This document shows, piece after piece, positions 41,923 through 51,501 of a DNA stretch of 64,000 bases. The notes beneath the pieces are model-generated. The model worked only from the letters and a program-made list of their open reading frames with translations, had not been told where the DNA came from and searched no databases. Origin of the DNA: Bacillota bacterium (GTDB lineage: Bacteria; Bacillota; Clostridia; Acetivibrionales; DSM-1351); assembly GCA_023393115.1 (NCBI GenBank), contig JAEWMS010000066.1, positions 48,369 to 112,368 on the forward strand, read 5' to 3'. Each line of letters begins with the position of its first letter. The stretch's first letter is position 1. Both the position numbers and the translations under genes were made by a program.

Positions 41923-43428
41923 CTATTTCTTTTGCTGTACAAACTTGTCAACCTGTTTCTGCATTTCGGCTATAACCTTTTTTAAACCTACCTTGTTCAT
42001 TTCCGAGTTCATTTTGGATAGAGTCTTGTTTGGATCCACCTTGCCTATTACAAGATTATTGAGGTACTTTTCTTCAACCTTTTGTATTTTGTTAACCTGG
42101 CTCTCAATTGTATCAGAATTTACTTCAAAGCCTAATAAAGGCGAGGGAACAGCATTATTAACATATTCATTCTGTTTCTTCCAGCCTTCCGGATCAGAGC
42201 CGTAGTAAGAATAAACTATTGATTCATTACCGAATAGCCAGTTAGTACCAGGAGTATAGGATTCATATCCTTCATCAAGTATACTGATTTGATTATCTCC
42301 TATTTTTTCATAGTGATATTCTTCAATACCATGGTTAATCAAATTTGATAGATATTCATCAGTGTTGACCAGTTCTAAAAACATCAAAGCTCGCTCGGGA
42401 TTCTCTGAATTGGCCGAAATAGCGTGCATTGAACCGGATACACCACTGGTTGTCAAAGCTGGTTTTCCAAGCTGAATGGGAATAATACTATATCCGCGAG
42501 GGACACCTATTTCAAAGCTTGTAAAGGCTGATACGCTTGAATACATGGCAAAAAATTTACCGAAATTCGCGTCATAATAGCTAGAGTCAGGTTCTGAAAT
42601 TTTTGGAATATAACCTGCTTTATACCATTTATTCATAAGTGAAAACATAGCTTTTGCTTCACTTGTCTCATATTCATTTACCACTTTGGTACTTTTTCCA
42701 TCTCGTAAAACTGCTCCTGGAGCATCTATGAGTCTGTCGTAGTTAAGAAGGTTTACTACATTATCACCATAATTATTGAAAGGATAAAAACCTATTACTC
42801 CTTTCTCTTTTGATTTAATGGTTTTAAGAATTGGTTCTAAATCTTGGAGCTTCTTTATCTTTGATACATCGACCTTATATTTATTTACAAGGTCTTCATT
42901 AAGAAGAATACCGTAATTTTTGATTATTGATGAGTTATAAACTGGTAAAGCATATATTCTTCCATTGACTTCTGCACCTTTGAGTATGTTTTTTCCAAGT
43001 AGGTCTTTTGTTTTTGGGGTGTAGATATCAAGCATATCGGTAATGTCTTTATAATAAGACTTCAATGAATATTTTCTGTAATTTGCGGCCCAGTAAGCTG
43101 TGTAACTAATGTCAAAAGATTCTCCTGAAGCCATGAATATTGCTATATGTTGTTCAAAATCGTCTCCCCACATATAGGTTTTCAGATCAAGAGTTGCGTT
43201 GATTTTGTCCTCAAGATAAGCATTTATTTCCTCTTGTACAATATCAATGTCTTCCTGATCTCCATTACCAATAACAATCCATTTGAGTTTAACAGGTTCT
43301 GAGATATCAATTTCAGTGTTTGCTTTAACCGGCAAGTTACTACTTAGACAAAAAGTTAAAATTAGAAAAGCCGAGAGGAGAAGAGCCAGTTTTCTTAAAG
43401 TTCTACTTTTATTTGAGACTTCAAACAT
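41923..43428 (-). CDS. Orphan extracellular (sugar-type) solute-binding protein with DUF3502-like C-terminus
   Basis: KINATL, VNGRIYALP, NPERALMFLELVNTD, GLKKVIAEMQKQVDKF. Confidence 0.8.
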   Translation of the reverse strand: MFEVSNKSRTLRKLALLLSAFLILTFCLSSNLPVKANTEIDISEPVKLKWIVIGNGDQEDIDIVQEEINAYLEDKINATLDLKTYMWGDDFEQHIAIFMASGESFDISYTAYWAANYRKYSLKSYYKDITDMLDIYTPKTKDLLGKNILKGAEVNGRIYALPVYNSSIIKNYGILLNEDLVNKYKVDVSKIKKLQDLEPILKTIKSKEKGVIGFYPFNNYGDNVVNLLNYDRLIDAPGAVLRDGKSTKVVNEYETSEAKAMFSLMNKWYKAGYIPKISEPDSSYYDANFGKFFAMYSSVSAFTSFEIGVPRGYSIIPIQLGKPALTTSGVSGSMHAISANSENPERALMFLELVNTDEYLSNLINHGIEEYHYEKIGDNQISILDEGYESYTPGTNWLFGNESIVYSYYGSDPEGWKKQNEYVNNAVPSPLLGFEVNSDTIESQVNKIQKVEEKYLNNLVIGKVDPNKTLSKMNSEMNKVGLKKVIAEMQKQVDKFVQQKK

Positions 43429-43683
43429 GTGAAATACCTCCTGATGTCAAAAATGATTAAATTGATATAATTATAACACATATGTTTATAATTACCAATT
43501 ATTTTACAAAATAGTTCAGCCGAATAAATATATTCTGACACTAGCCAAAGCCATAATTCTGTAGTAAAGTTATAAATGTTATAAGTGTTAGAAACAAAGG
43601 TGACAGAGCTATTAAATTTGCACATATATTATGCACTTTACTTGTGTACGTTAATTTACATAAAATATCAGGGGGACGGATAT

Positions 43684-44448
43684 ATGGTTAAAATATCCCT
43701 TAAACAGATACAGGAGCAGGTTCAGGATAAAACCATCGATGAGGCCATAGAATATTTATTGTCTTATCAAAATCATGGTACAGGAGTTGGAAAGCTCCTG
43801 GAGAAATATTATAAGCTCAGGGAAAAGAAACAAGCCGAAATAGAACGCTTGGAGAAAATGCTTTCTTTTGAAAAGCAGGCCCGTGAGGAAGGCTACAGGT
43901 ATATAGCCGGAGTTGATGAAGCAGGAAGGGGTCCTCTTGCAGGACCAGTTGTGGCAGCAGCTGTTATTTTTCGAGAAGGCGTTACAATCGAGGGTGTAAA
44001 TGATTCCAAAAAGCTCAGTGAAGCACGAAGAGAGGCCTTATTTGCCGAAATAAAGGATAAAGCTTTGGCTTATGGTATACAGGCCATTGACGAAAAGTGT
44101 ATTGATGACATAAATATTCTGAATGCTACCAAATTAGCCATGACTAAAGCTATTGAACAGCTTAAGCCAAATGCCGACTGTATACTGCTTGATGCGGTCA
44201 GACTGGAGGGTGTTGCAACCAGACAGGTTCCAATCATAAAAGGAGACAGTTTGAGTTTTTCTATCGCTGCCGCTTCAATTCTTGCGAAGGTAACCAGAGA
44301 CAGGCTTTTAACCGAGTATGACAAGCAGTATCCCGAATACGGCTTCGCTATACATAAAGGCTATGCAACACCTCAGCATATTTCAGCTATTAAAAAAATC
44401 GGACTTTGTCCGATACATAGATTAAGCTTTGTAAAAAACTTTATTTAG
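43684..44448 (+). CDS. rnhB: Ribonuclease HII
   Basis: GVDEAGRGPLAGP, DSKKL, AASILAKV, HKGY. Confidence 0.96.
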   Translation: MVKISLKQIQEQVQDKTIDEAIEYLLSYQNHGTGVGKLLEKYYKLREKKQAEIERLEKMLSFEKQAREEGYRYIAGVDEAGRGPLAGPVVAAAVIFREGVTIEGVNDSKKLSEARREALFAEIKDKALAYGIQAIDEKCIDDINILNATKLAMTKAIEQLKPNADCILLDAVRLEGVATRQVPIIKGDSLSFSIAAASILAKVTRDRLLTEYDKQYPEYGFAIHKGYATPQHISAIKKIGLCPIHRLSFVKNFI

Positions 44449-44461
44449 TTGGGGTGATGTT

Positions 44462-46396
44462 TTGAAAATAGATATTGGTCTGACTACTGCAGCAGTCAAC
44501 ACAACATATACCGGCCCGGACATAATGAGCAAATTAAAACCGGGTGATAACGTAAGAGCTCAGATTCATGAAAATTCGGGAAACGAATTGACTTTAAAGT
44601 TCTCCGACGGTACGGTGGTATCTGCAGCTGCTGCATCGGCCATCGATTCTGCAGAAGGCGAATTTGTAAATCTTACATTTAAGGGGATTGTTAACGACAA
44701 GCCTGCCTTTGAGGTGTCTGAAAAAAACGTAGTTTCTCAACCAGATAAAGCAATTAATAATATACGAATCACTCTGGCTGCTCTAAAGCTTCCTGTTACA
44801 GAGGAAAATATTCAGATAGCCAAAGCATTGCTAGAGCAAAATGTACAGGTTACCACTGATAATGTGGCAAAAATGACTACTCTTTTGAAAAATAACATAG
44901 ATTTGAAGCTTGATGCGGCGGCTTTTCTTACAGCCTCAAAACTTACAGACGATGCTAATAATATTCAAAAGCTTCAGACTCTTCTTGCCGGCAGATTAAA
45001 AATAAGCAATGATATTTCTGAACTTATCAAGCTGATAGACACATTGGGAAAGGGCGGCGACGGTTTATCGGCTTCCTCTTCAATGAACTTGAATAGTACC
45101 AATTCACAGGTTATAAATCAGCTAATTGGAAAGGTTATTGAACAGCTGGCTGAAAAAGGCGAATTAATTACTAATGGAGGCAGCAAGACTGGTGCTTCCG
45201 ACAGTTCGGAAGGCTTGACCAAGACCGGACAGGGACAGGCTGACAAAGCTAATTCTGCTGTCTTAAACAGCGGTGGCAATACCCGGGATGCAGCTATTCA
45301 GGGTAAAGTAAGAGATGTTCTTATTTTGGATTCAAACACTGATAAAAATGCCGGCCAAAATGCTGCAATAAAGTCTCCTGGAAACGCAAATACAACAGAA
45401 GCCGGTAAGGTTAGTGCAAATACAGTTACCACTACTAATGCAAATAGTAATGCCAATGCCAATGTAAATCAAAAAATTGGTGAAAATAGCAGTACAGGTA
45501 TAGGTGCAGGTGCCGGTAACAATATCGCGGAAAACAATGATTCACATAAGGCACAGGAAGTAAATACATTTAATGCGAATACTTCTGCTAAAGCTATAGA
45601 TTTAGATCAAAATAACGTCTCTGAGAAGTTGATGAATCTTCTGAAGGGTGAAGCTGTCCCCGGCAAGTCTGACCTACAGCTTATAAATGCCTTTACCAGA
45701 GAGATTAATTCCATGATAGACTCAGGTCGCTTAACGGGGGAAGAACTGTCGGCAGCAAAGCAGCTTGCCGGGGGAGAAAAACTCTTCGCAACTGCGGTAA
45801 ATAGCCTTAAGAACCTGTTTATCAAAGTTGATGAAACAGGTGAAGCTATTAATCCTGTTAAGCTTTATAAAGAAATGGACGATGCCCTGCAGGTTCTGAA
45901 AAGTACTGTACAGCAGTTGCCGCAGGGTATACGTGAAGCTGCAGCATCAATAGTAAATAATCTGGATAGTAATGTGAATTTCATAAATCAGCTGAATAAT
46001 TACAGTTCCTATGTGCAGCTTCCGTTGAGTATATTTAATCAGAATACAACAGGCGAGCTGTATATGCTTAAGAAGGGGCCTAAGTCAAAAAAGCTTGATC
46101 CTTCAAATATGACTGTACTTATATCACTGGACAGTAATAATATCGGAAGGATTGATACACTGCTCAGTATAGATAAGAAAAATATCAGCACTAATTTCAG
46201 ACTTGAAAACAGCGAAGTTTTCCCCGTATTAAAGGAGCATCACAAACAGCTGTACAATAGTCTTATTGAGAAAGGCTTCAGACTGGTGGACTTTACATAC
46301 AGACTTATGGAGGAGCCCTTAAATATAGTTAATTTTGAAGCAGAGGCCAAAAAGGAATTTGTTAAAAGTTCAAATAACATTGATATAATTATTTAG
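44462..46396 (+). CDS. FliK-like (YlqG-type) protein
   Basis: Low-complexity centre; C-terminal YVQLPL...LDSNNIGRID domain; position between rnhB and ylqH. Confidence 0.65.
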   Translation: MKIDIGLTTAAVNTTYTGPDIMSKLKPGDNVRAQIHENSGNELTLKFSDGTVVSAAAASAIDSAEGEFVNLTFKGIVNDKPAFEVSEKNVVSQPDKAINNIRITLAALKLPVTEENIQIAKALLEQNVQVTTDNVAKMTTLLKNNIDLKLDAAAFLTASKLTDDANNIQKLQTLLAGRLKISNDISELIKLIDTLGKGGDGLSASSSMNLNSTNSQVINQLIGKVIEQLAEKGELITNGGSKTGASDSSEGLTKTGQGQADKANSAVLNSGGNTRDAAIQGKVRDVLILDSNTDKNAGQNAAIKSPGNANTTEAGKVSANTVTTTNANSNANANVNQKIGENSSTGIGAGAGNNIAENNDSHKAQEVNTFNANTSAKAIDLDQNNVSEKLMNLLKGEAVPGKSDLQLINAFTREINSMIDSGRLTGEELSAAKQLAGGEKLFATAVNSLKNLFIKVDETGEAINPVKLYKEMDDALQVLKSTVQQLPQGIREAAASIVNNLDSNVNFINQLNNYSSYVQLPLSIFNQNTTGELYMLKKGPKSKKLDPSNMTVLISLDSNNIGRIDTLLSIDKKNISTNFRLENSEVFPVLKEHHKQLYNSLIEKGFRLVDFTYRLMEEPLNIVNFEAEAKKEFVKSSNNIDIII

Positions 46397-46404
46397 ACAA
46401 TTAA

Positions 46405-46725
46405 TTGAAAAAAGGGCGGGTGAATTTTTTGCAAAACAATACAAGACACAGGAAGAATATAAAGCAAGCAACGGCTCTTCAGTACTCGCCTGATACAGAT
46501 GTTGCACCAAAGGTAATTGCCACAGGGCAGGGAATTGTTGCCGAAAAAATTATTGAAAAGGCAAAAGAAGCAGATGTACCTGTCTATCAGAATGCTAATC
46601 TTGCTCAAACCCTTTCTGCACTTGGGATCGGAGACCAGATCCCGCCGGAAATATATGAGGTTGTTGCTGAAATTCTTGTTTTTATAGGGAGTGTAGATAA
46701 GAGCTATGGAGAACGCTTTGAGTAA
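46405..46725 (+). CDS. FlhB C-terminal-domain protein (YlqH-like); start uncertain
   Basis: ATALQY...APKVIATG...IPPEIYEVVAEIL. Confidence 0.88.
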   Translation: MKKGRVNFLQNNTRHRKNIKQATALQYSPDTDVAPKVIATGQGIVAEKIIEKAKEADVPVYQNANLAQTLSALGIGDQIPPEIYEVVAEILVFIGSVDKSYGERFE

Positions 46726-46758
46726 TATCTATCTGTATGAAAGCAACGGGTATGTTCT

Positions 46759-47139
46759 ATGACTGATTTAAATAAAAGAAGGCTTGGAGCTGACGGTGAG
46801 GAGAAAGCAGTACAGTTTCTCCAAAAACAGAACTATAAAATACTAAAAACAAATTTCAGGGTTGGCCGTTTGGGCGAAATAGATATAATTGCAGGAATTG
46901 GGGAATATATTTGTTTTATAGAGGTTAAGACCAGACGGTCCTTGACCTATGGTACGCCGGGAGAGGCAGTAACAGCCTTGAAGCAAAAGAAAATAAAGCA
47001 GCTTGCTTCCATATTTTTATCAAAAACTTTTAATACAAATCAGTACATACGCTTCGATGTTATTGAAATAATACTAACACAACAGAAAAACACCTCTGAT
47101 GAAATAGTGAGTATAAACCATATTATAAATGCATTTTAA
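46759..47139 (+). CDS. YraN-family putative endonuclease
   Basis: GEEKA, GEIDII, FIEVKTR, RFDV. Confidence 0.9.
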   Translation: MTDLNKRRLGADGEEKAVQFLQKQNYKILKTNFRVGRLGEIDIIAGIGEYICFIEVKTRRSLTYGTPGEAVTALKQKKIKQLASIFLSKTFNTNQYIRFDVIEIILTQQKNTSDEIVSINHIINAF

Positions 47140-47206
47140 CAATGCATTTTTTATTGTCTGGAGTAAAGGAATATATGCAAATTTCTTGGGAAAGGTAGGC
47201 AGGTAT

Positions 47207-48142
47207 ATGTTAATATTAGATGCCCATTGTGACACAATTACAACAATAATGAAAAGGGATGAGGAACTCCGAAAAAATAATTGCCATATTGATTTATGCA
47301 GATTAAAAGAATATGAAAACTATGTTCAGTTTTTTGCAGCATTTATTTCTCCTGAACATGCTAAAATGGGTGCATTAAAGAGAACACTAAGTATTATTGA
47401 CAAACTTTATCAGGAAATAGAAATTAATAAAGATGATATTTCATTATGTCGTAATTACAACGATATTATTAATTGCTGTCAAAGCGGAAAAGTAGCAGCG
47501 GTGCTGACTATAGAAGGTGGCGAGGCTCTGGAGGGCAGTATTTCTTCCTTGAGAATACTATACCAGCTAGGTGTTAGAGCCATGACCCTGACCTGGAATT
47601 ACAGAAACCAAATTGCAGATGGAGTACTGGACGGAGTTTCAGGCGGTGGCCTCACACCCTTCGGTCGGGAAGTTATATCTGATATGAACCGGATAGGGAT
47701 GTTGATAGATGTTTCACATATATCCGAGCCTGGCTTTTGGGATGTTCTGAGTTTATCGAATAAACCAATAATAGCATCCCATTCAAATGCAAAGAGTTTA
47801 TGCGGCCATGTCAGGAATCTTACAGATGACCAGTTGTTGGCATTAAAGAAGAATGGGGGAGTTACAGGAATAAATCTTTATCCTGTTTTTCTTAACAACA
47901 GCGGGACGGCTACTATAAAAGATGCACTGTCACACATAGAATATATTCTGGCCCTTACTGGTGAAGATACTCTTGGATTTGGATCAGATTTTGATGGAAT
48001 AGATTCAACTCCTGAGGGCATGGAAGGGGTACAGTGTTATTCAGAGCTGTTAAATGAAATGCTCCGGCTTAACTATAGTGAGTCACTTGTTAAAAAAATT
48101 GCCGGTGAAAACTTTATGAGGGTCATTAAAGAAGTATTGTAA
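47207..48142 (+). CDS. Membrane dipeptidase (peptidase M19)
   Basis: DAHCD, LTIEG, LTWN, DVSH, SHSN, GSDFDG. Confidence 0.9.
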   Translation: MLILDAHCDTITTIMKRDEELRKNNCHIDLCRLKEYENYVQFFAAFISPEHAKMGALKRTLSIIDKLYQEIEINKDDISLCRNYNDIINCCQSGKVAAVLTIEGGEALEGSISSLRILYQLGVRAMTLTWNYRNQIADGVLDGVSGGGLTPFGREVISDMNRIGMLIDVSHISEPGFWDVLSLSNKPIIASHSNAKSLCGHVRNLTDDQLLALKKNGGVTGINLYPVFLNNSGTATIKDALSHIEYILALTGEDTLGFGSDFDGIDSTPEGMEGVQCYSELLNEMLRLNYSESLVKKIAGENFMRVIKEVL

Positions 48143-48442
48143 TAATTGTTTGTTTCCGGTTCAAATAACTGCAGTTTAATATTAGAATTCCTGCATAATC
48201 CATGTCCAATGTATAAATTTAATAAAAGCTCAATATTTTTTTGAATATAAAGAACAATAAACTTGCAAAGAGCCATAATATGTATTAGAATTAGTAAAGA
48301 TTATCACTGTATTTGAGAGGAGACCAACTATGAATAGTCAATAGAAAATGTAAATATTATTTAGAATTTTAGTTGGGTAAAAAGAGTATAGCAAACAAAG
48401 CATCTACAGATGCATTTTGAAAATTGAATATGGGAGACTGGA

Positions 48443-49606
48443 CTAAGCCAGATTGAATTTTAAGTTATCGGTCATCATTTTATGAATGACACGAACGAGT
48501 TTATGGGCTACATGTCCAAGGGCATTGTAATGGGAACGTCCCTGAGATATTTTTAAATCATAGTAGTCTTTAAAGGTCTTGTTATTCAGGGTAGCCTGCC
48601 AAGCAGCATTAATTAATGCATATCGAAGCATTTTAGATCCACGTTTTGACATTCTGGTATGAGCTGCAGTAAATTTGCCAGACTGGTTTACAGAAGGATC
48701 AAGGCCTGCGTAGGCAAGCAACTGACAAGATGAATTAAATCGGTTAATATCCCCGATTTCCCCAAGAATTGTGGCACCATTAAGACTACCGATACCTGGA
48801 ACTGTTTTGATCACAGAATCCATTTCATTCATTAAGGATTTGATGGTTGAATCTAATTCTTGGAGTTGTTCATCATAAAGTTCAATCTGAATAATAGATT
48901 GAGAAATCTGTAAGGATAAGGTATGATTTTTAGTACCGACAGATTTGTTTGCGAGTTCTTTTAAAGCAATAGCTGTATCTTTATCGAAATGGCCGTGGGA
49001 AGCTTTTCTCAAAAGATTGCTAAGCTTGGTAAGGTGCATCGCAGCAATCTTGTCGGGATCTGAACATTCCTTCAAGAGAGTGTAGCAGGCGTTGATATGT
49101 ATACCTGATTTGAAGAAGTATTGTAGCTCAGGAAACAATTGATCAACGTAAGTTACAAGTTGAATCTTAACCTTAGTCCTGGCTTTGATGAGTTTTTGGC
49201 GGAAGCGACAAAGGTTCTTCAATTTCAAGGTTTCCAAATCCCTTTGAGTAAATAGACGATACTGGTTCATCATGAGAGCCTTAATAATTAAATAAGTATC
49301 GACGCTATCTGTCTTGGTTTTTCGGATGTTAGTTTTCCGTAATGTAGCAGTCTGAATAGGATTGATAACGCAGATGCGAAAGCCCCTGGTGAAAAGGAAA
49401 CAAATAAGGTTCTCACCGTAATGGGCAGTGGATTCCATGCCGATAAGCAACGATTCTTTTTCAAAAGTAGAAAGTTTTGAAAGAATGGACTGAAAGCCGG
49501 TATGGTCATTAGTAAAGCTAAAGGGCTTAATCAGTACTTCACCATCTGTGGACATAACAGAGGCAAAATGTTTTTGCTTGGCAATATCAATGCCAACGTA
49601 AATCAT
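48443..49606 (-). CDS. IS110-family transposase/recombinase
   Basis: YVGIDIAK, IGMEST, KTDSVD (DEDD RuvC-like), GEIGDINRF, YAGLDPSVNQSG. Confidence 0.95.
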   Translation of the reverse strand: MIYVGIDIAKQKHFASVMSTDGEVLIKPFSFTNDHTGFQSILSKLSTFEKESLLIGMESTAHYGENLICFLFTRGFRICVINPIQTATLRKTNIRKTKTDSVDTYLIIKALMMNQYRLFTQRDLETLKLKNLCRFRQKLIKARTKVKIQLVTYVDQLFPELQYFFKSGIHINACYTLLKECSDPDKIAAMHLTKLSNLLRKASHGHFDKDTAIALKELANKSVGTKNHTLSLQISQSIIQIELYDEQLQELDSTIKSLMNEMDSVIKTVPGIGSLNGATILGEIGDINRFNSSCQLLAYAGLDPSVNQSGKFTAAHTRMSKRGSKMLRYALINAAWQATLNNKTFKDYYDLKISQGRSHYNALGHVAHKLVRVIHKMMTDNLKFNLA

Positions 49607-49631
49607 GAGAAACAACTCCTTTAAATATAAT

Positions 49632-49786
49632 CACTGTGGGTGGTCCACCTAGTTTTATCATCTTAAACTTGCGTGACATAAAAGCTCAGAGGCTTATCCA
49701 ACTATAAAAGATTAAGATAAAACTGTGGCAATACACTCCTTAAAATAGTCTAGGCTATAGAAACAAAATAAAAAGTCCACAGTGTT
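49632..49786 (-). ncRNA. Putative IS110 bridge RNA
   Basis: Two stem/internal-loop domains; loop 8-mer matches the element end, loop 9-mer matches the flank. Confidence 0.65.
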
Positions 49787-49828
49787 AAACAAAGTATAAA
49801 TAAAAAATATAAAGAAAGGAATGTATTG

Positions 49829-51136
49829 ATGTTAAATACATCATACAAGAAAATAATGAGCTTTTACAGTAATTTATCAAAAACTGAACTTCTTAACGAG
49901 ATCGAAAAACTTGAAAAAAGATATAATGCATTTAAAGACCAGAAATTAAAGCTTGATATGACAAGAGGTAAGCCTTGTTCCGAGCAGCTTGATATGAGCA
50001 TGGAAATACTTGATATTCCTTCAAAGGAGCTTCGCAAAGCTGCTGACGGGACAGATACCTTCAATTATGGTATTCTTGATGGTCTCCCTGAAGCAAAGGC
50101 TCTTTTTGCAGAAATGCTGGGAGTTGATAAAAGCGAACTAATTATCGGGGGAAATTCCAGCCTTAACCTGATGTATGATTCCATAGGCAGAGCTATGTCA
50201 CTTGGTATTCTTGGAAGCACACCCTGGTCGAAGCTGGACAAGGTAAAGTTCTTGTGTCCAAGCCCTGGATATGACCGACATTTTGCTATATGTGAGCTGT
50301 TTGGTATAGAGATGATAATAGTTGACATGAAACAGGACGGACCTGATATGGACGTTGTTGAAAGACTAGTGGCTGAGGATGAAAGTATAAAAGGTATGTG
50401 GTGTGTGCCTAAGTACAGCAACCCTGACGGAATAACCTATTCAGATGAAGTTGTTGACAGAATAGCTGCACTAAAACCAAAAGCAGCAGATTTCAGAATC
50501 TTCTGGGATAACGCTTATTGTGTACATCATCTGTCAGACAAGCCTGATGAATTAAAAAACATACTGACAGCCTGTAAGGCAACCGGAAATGACAATATGG
50601 TTTATATTTTCAGCTCCACCTCTAAAATCAGCTTTCCTGGTGCAGGTATAGCCATGATGGCAGCCAGCGTTGAAAACCTTAATGGTATCAGGAAGAGCCT
50701 GACAATACAGACTATTGGACATGATAAGATAAATCAGCTGAGACATGTTAAGTACTTCAAGAATCTGGACGGTATCAATTCACATATGAAGAAGCATGCC
50801 AACATTTTGAAGCCGAAGTTCGATATGGTTCTTCAGATTCTTGAAAAGGAACTGGGCGGAAAGGAAATCGCTTCCTGGAATAAACCAAACGGCGGATATT
50901 TTGTAAGCTTGAACACTCTTGACAATTGCGCCAAAGAAGTTGAAAAATTATCACTGGAAGCAGGTGTGGTATTAACAAAAGCTGGAGCTACCTATCCTTA
51001 CGGAAAGGATCCCAGAGACAGAAACATAAGAATAGCTCCGACTCTGCCGCCTGTTGAGGAACTTAATAAGGCTATAGAAATATTATCTATAAGTGTACAG
51101 CTTGTTTCGGCCAGAAAAGCACTTAGTAATCTGTAA
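49829..51136 (+). CDS. PLP-dependent class I/II aminotransferase
   Basis: LDMTRGKP, PGYDRHF, YSNPDG, WDNAY, STSKISFPG, NIRIAP. Confidence 0.88.
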   Translation: MLNTSYKKIMSFYSNLSKTELLNEIEKLEKRYNAFKDQKLKLDMTRGKPCSEQLDMSMEILDIPSKELRKAADGTDTFNYGILDGLPEAKALFAEMLGVDKSELIIGGNSSLNLMYDSIGRAMSLGILGSTPWSKLDKVKFLCPSPGYDRHFAICELFGIEMIIVDMKQDGPDMDVVERLVAEDESIKGMWCVPKYSNPDGITYSDEVVDRIAALKPKAADFRIFWDNAYCVHHLSDKPDELKNILTACKATGNDNMVYIFSSTSKISFPGAGIAMMAASVENLNGIRKSLTIQTIGHDKINQLRHVKYFKNLDGINSHMKKHANILKPKFDMVLQILEKELGGKEIASWNKPNGGYFVSLNTLDNCAKEVEKLSLEAGVVLTKAGATYPYGKDPRDRNIRIAPTLPPVEELNKAIEILSISVQLVSARKALSNL

Positions 51137-51260
51137 CATTTATATCTAATAAAACAAGGCCAAACCTGAAATATCGATAATTTTATTAAAATCAAATAAA
51201 ATATATATAAATTTTTTATAAATACCTTGAAGGAATAATGGAATAAGAATATAATTTTAC

Positions 51261-51361
51261 ATGAGTTTAGAAGGTAAGGTTATTCGCTTGGTAATTAAGC
51301 AACTTATACGTTCTAATATTCATAAATGTCTAAAGCGGGATTTTAATCCCGCACTTTTTTT
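51261..51361 (+). ncRNA. Candidate ~100-nt small RNA
   Basis: TTGAAG-17-TATAAT promoter (51227-51255), long imperfect hairpin, terminator gcggga...tcccgc + T run. Confidence 0.45.
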
Positions 51362-51370
51362 ATTTAAATA

Positions 51371-51415
51371 AAAACCGAACATTATCAAAATATTTGATGC
51401 AAATATTCGGATTTT
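51371..51415 (+). promoter_or_regulatory. Inverted pair of PurR boxes
   Basis: aaaaccgaacatt ... aatattcggatttt upstream of purB (CGAA...TTCG PurBox pattern). Confidence 0.7.
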
Positions 51416-51501
51416 ATTGTATAATATTTACGAGTTTGGTTAATTGGCTTGCCTGACGCATTATTGGCAGGTAGAAAAAATAATGAATGAGGTAACAAGA
51501 T

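Larger units (their letters stand above)
48320..49800 (-). mobile_element. IS110-family insertion sequence (ends approximate)
   Basis: IS110 recombinase, structured non-coding leader, minus-strand TTGACT near one end and TATACT at the other; no terminal inverted repeats seen. Confidence 0.85.
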
